From: the human T2T-CHM13v2.0 reference genome, Homo sapiens
Direction: 5' to 3' (one strand)
DNA: 64,000 bases
NCBI RefSeq assembly: GCF_009914755.1
Contig: NC_060940.1
Every line of letters starts with the position of its first letter. Position 1 is the stretch's first letter. Made by a program: the position numbers and the translations under genes. Shown here piece by piece: positions 60,311-64,000 of the stretch. The notes under the pieces were generated by a model. It saw nothing but the letters and a program-made list of their open reading frames with translations, made no database searches and was not told the origin of the DNA.

Positions 60311-61084
60311 ACTTAAGGTACTACCTTAGTCCAGTCCATTTATCCACTTTATGATGAAATTTTCTGTGATCTCCACCAATCACTCCCTTCTCTAAACTCC
60401 ATTTATAATTACCTTCACCTCACCCAGAAAATGACTATATATTACCACTCATTCATTCTCCACTCACTCAGTCATTCATTCACTCCTGCAGGCACTATTT
60501 ATCTAGTGCCTAACATTCCCCAGGCATAATTGCCAGTGCATGGCAGGCTCCATGAATACTTGTTGAGCCAGAGTCCCTGTTGATCTTTAGCTATCAGGGA
60601 TACGCAGCACTCGGCACTCAAGCCCCCCATAAAGGCCTGTAGTCCATGCATCACCAGTCTTCTCTGATGGATTGGATGATTCTGTCTGTCCACAGCTTCG
60701 ATGTTTCAGGTGACTCAATGAGAGTCGAATCAATAGAACTGGATCTGAGTTCCAGAAATACAGCTAAACACTAGAGATGGTGGCGGGCTGTGGTTATAAG
60801 CAGGAGCTCGAACTGGCTGGTTGGAAAATTGGGTTCTATCACATACAAGCTATGGAACCCTAGATAACACATTCACTTCATGCTGCCTCCATTTATTTTC
60901 CATCTGTAGAGTGGGGGGCCACCATGAAGATCTCAACATACATTTGTCAAGTAACTGGAATAGTGCCTGGACCAGAGAAAGCATTCAAAAATAAAGCTAT
61001 GATTACCGTCTGTTATTATCATTATGAGTGAAAAAGGAACCTGAACCTCATTTTTCTATGAAACATTGAATTCTGGAACTAGAA

Positions 61085-61340
61085 AGTAATAACAACAATG
61101 ACTAACACTTTTTGGGAACCTAGTTGGGTCCAGCACTATGCCAAGAACTTTACAAACGTCAGGTCATTTAATCCTTACAAACCCATGCCAGGTAGTTAAT
61201 CTTAGAGGCTGCTTCTTGCAGATAAGAAAACTGAGGCTCAGAGAGGCTATGTGATCTATTTAAGATTATGCAACTACCAAGCAGTGGCCCAGAATTCAAA
61301 CCCGGATGCGTCTGACCACAGGCTGAGGTCTTAACTCTAT
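61085..61340 (-). mobile_element. MIR
   Basis: cagataagaaaactgaggctcagagagg..cagaattcaaacccgg core. Confidence 0.75.
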
Positions 61341-62418
61341 CATTCCTCAGAGACCATTGCTATTGACTCTCTCCTCATCTAGACATAAAGATTTAAAGAC
61401 CCCAGGAGGGGAAGAGCACCCAGAAAATCAGTGTCAGAACCAGGACCACAATGCAGCAGTCTCTCCAACTTCCAGACCAGTGTGTCTTCCACAGAACTAA
61501 GAACCGCCAGGGTAAGTGTCCAAATTTACCCAAGAGTCAAACCAGCTAGAAACATTATTCTTTTTTCCAGACTCACACTTCACTTCACTGTTAATTAAAA
61601 TTTCCAGTTGAAAATCGTTTTCCCTAAATTAGGCATGCTGCTGCCTAATATGCAGTCATAACTGGATTTGGGAGAAGTGGCCATCCATTTTCCAAATGAG
61701 ATCCTCCTGCCAGGGTGTGCCTTGCCCTGGGAGTATGTGCGTCCACGTGTGCATGTGTGTGTATGTGAACAGCAAAATGCTTTTTGCAGTCACTCCACCA
61801 AGCAGTGCCTTAACTAATCACCAAAAGCTCAAAAGGCCAAGCCCAGGCTCATCCTCATGGCAGCCGCCTGCTCGGGAGGAGAGAGGTAATAGTGCTGTTC
61901 ATAAATCTCCTTGTAGCAGCCATTCCCAATCTCCAGAGATATCCGGAGATGGCCTATTTGACTAAATGCCTTCCACTTCACTCCCCGTCTGTTGCAGAGG
62001 AGCTGCATAGGTCTTTAAAAATTCACTTTCTTCCCTGTGTCTGGGTTGCACAGTAACAGAGATAGATATTCAGTCTCTGTGATGGTTTCCGTGCTTCTCT
62101 GGCCTGGATAGTACCATCACCCACACAAAATTCAGCCTGACACCAAGCTCCAGGAACCTTTTCCACTAGACTGAAGACTGTCAAACTTTTTAAAGCATGA
62201 CTCACAATACGTTTCCCATCACCACTCCATGCACATGTGTGAAATTTCACAGCACTCATTCTTTCTATCTGTGATATACTCTGAGGTTATCCATTATGTT
62301 CTATTTTTTTAAAAAAATGTCTGCAATCCTTAGATTAATTTCATGGCTCACTAAAGAGTCATGACCTACAGCGTGAAAAACAGTGAGGGGGCAAGGATGG
62401 CTCATCTATTAAGTCCCA

Positions 62419-62581
62419 GGGTCTACATCCAGGACACACTCCGTGCTTGCTGCGAGAATGATTCCTAGCAAGACTTTCTCCCAGAGAGTTCCACGTGCAA
62501 GCAGAAAGAATCCAATATGGGCTTTAGCAAAGGAAGGGGTAGGACAGAGGTCTCCATTGTCAGCAAGACCACAGAACAATG
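62419..62581 (+). repeat. Copy 2 of the 163-bp dispersed direct repeat
   Basis: 157/163 identical to 58845-59007. Confidence 0.95.
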
Positions 62582-63579
62582 TAATCACAATATCTGGAGT
62601 CAGAGGAACTCCCCTGGCTTCTCTGCAGGGTTCCCTTGCTGTGTAGGTTAACTGGTTTCACCTGGCTTTGGACTTACAGGAGACAAGTTCAGGTTCTCAT
62701 CTGCTGCTTAGAAACTGCGCCATTTGGAGCAACCAGTTAAGCTCCTGAGCCTGAATTTCTCTATCTGTAAATTGGAGATTGCTTTTGCAACAAATCTTAT
62801 AGTGTTTGAAAGAACACCTGGCATCCTCTAATGCTTGGGATAGATCACCTGTTGTTACCCACGACATTTCAGCCAAACAATGAAGCCTGTCTCCTTACAG
62901 TTTGGAGAACAGAGGATTATTTTCTAATTTTTTTTCCATCCAATATGGAGGCATGTCTGAAGGTCATCCAAGTGACTAAAACATGGCAAGTATTTGATGA
63001 TGGAGGAGGTAGAGATGCAACACTTGGAGATAAAATTTCCAGAAAAATGCAGCAATTAACCAAGATATTTTTTCTTTTTTTGTGAACCAAAAACTACCCA
63101 TTTATTAAAAATATCTATCTGTCTTCTGTGCCTGTAAATAAGGGACATCTGGCAACTGGAGCCCCTATTTCTAGTACAGTCTTCTGTTGGTGAAGTCCCA
63201 CGTGCTTCTTGATGTGAGCAGCAAGCAGGTGTGTCCTTGAGCAGAGAGAGGATCAGCTGGGAGGAGGCCTGGCTGCCTGAACTGGGACCACTCAGCAGCA
63301 GCAGCACAGTGCCCAGAGACAGCATGGCTCCTTGAGAACACATTCCTGGGCTCATCCACTGAGAGCAGTTGCCTCAATTCCCTCCATTGGTTGTCACAAA
63401 AGACCAACTCAGTGCAATAACATTTCAGGCCCCAGAAGCCAAGAATGGTTTGAGTCAGGCGATGATGAAGATGATGGAAGGAGTAGGAGGAGAAGGGAGA
63501 CAAAGAGAAGGAGAGGGGGAGGAATGAGAGGGGGGAGTGGAAAGGAGGAGGGTAGAAGAAGGAAATAACACATTACAGG

Positions 63580-63765
63580 ATCATCTACCATGTGCCAGGC
63601 ATGGTGTGAGGATTATTTCTAATCCTCCTATCAACCTTGCCAGAAAGGAGATAATGTCTTCTCTTTTATAGGAAATTAAGCCTAAGGGGATACTGACATA
63701 CAGAAGGCCAATCATATGGCAAGGCCAGGATTTGAACCCAGGTCCATTTGACCCCAAACATGATA
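63580..63765 (-). mobile_element. MIR, preceded by a GA-rich tract (~63460-63565)
   Basis: ctaccatgtgccaggc..ggcaaggccaggatttgaacccaggtc. Confidence 0.7.
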
Positions 63766-64000
63766 TTGCTCTTCCCACAACATAAATCTGCCTCCCAGAG
63801 ATGGATTTCCTCTGTCAGAGTGATTCCCAACATTTTGGAAAGCATCCCTATCAACATTGCAATTTTCTCTTAATAATTCCTAGGGAAGCATCTTACCCAT
63901 GAATTCACCTATTTATAATTTAAGTCCCAGCTCATCTGAGCACACCATGGGCTCCAATATGATTATTTCACAGCAAGCACTAATGGCTTAAAAGCATTGT

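Overview
Human (primate) genomic DNA covering the 3' end of GRIN2A (NMDA receptor subunit GluN2A) on the minus strand. Four coding exons are present, all with canonical GT-AG boundaries and matching phases: 59937-59777 (161 nt), 35976-35789 (188 nt), 6603-6365 (239 nt) and the terminal exon CDS 2462-663 (1800 nt, ending ...ESDV*), followed by the first 662 nt of 3'UTR. They correspond to exons 10-13 of the 13-exon transcript (numbering from memory). The rest is intron, densely filled with Alu, L1, MIR/L2, LTR (MER41A, MER4, THE1C, MLT1) and DNA-transposon fossils. I found no convincing new biological system. The strongest signal is a 343-nt exitron in the last exon giving the already known primate short isoform (1281 aa, no PDZ ligand). 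The best candidates for undescribed structure are: a 163-bp, 96%-identical direct repeat flanking the 161-nt exon; a recursive-splice-type AG|GTGAGA start of the M4 exon; a distal branch point with a long AG-free zone; and a ~280-nt pyrimidine tract feeding a cryptic exon in an antisense THE1 LTR. Repeat subfamily calls are by eye from remembered consensus sequences and their boundaries are approximate.
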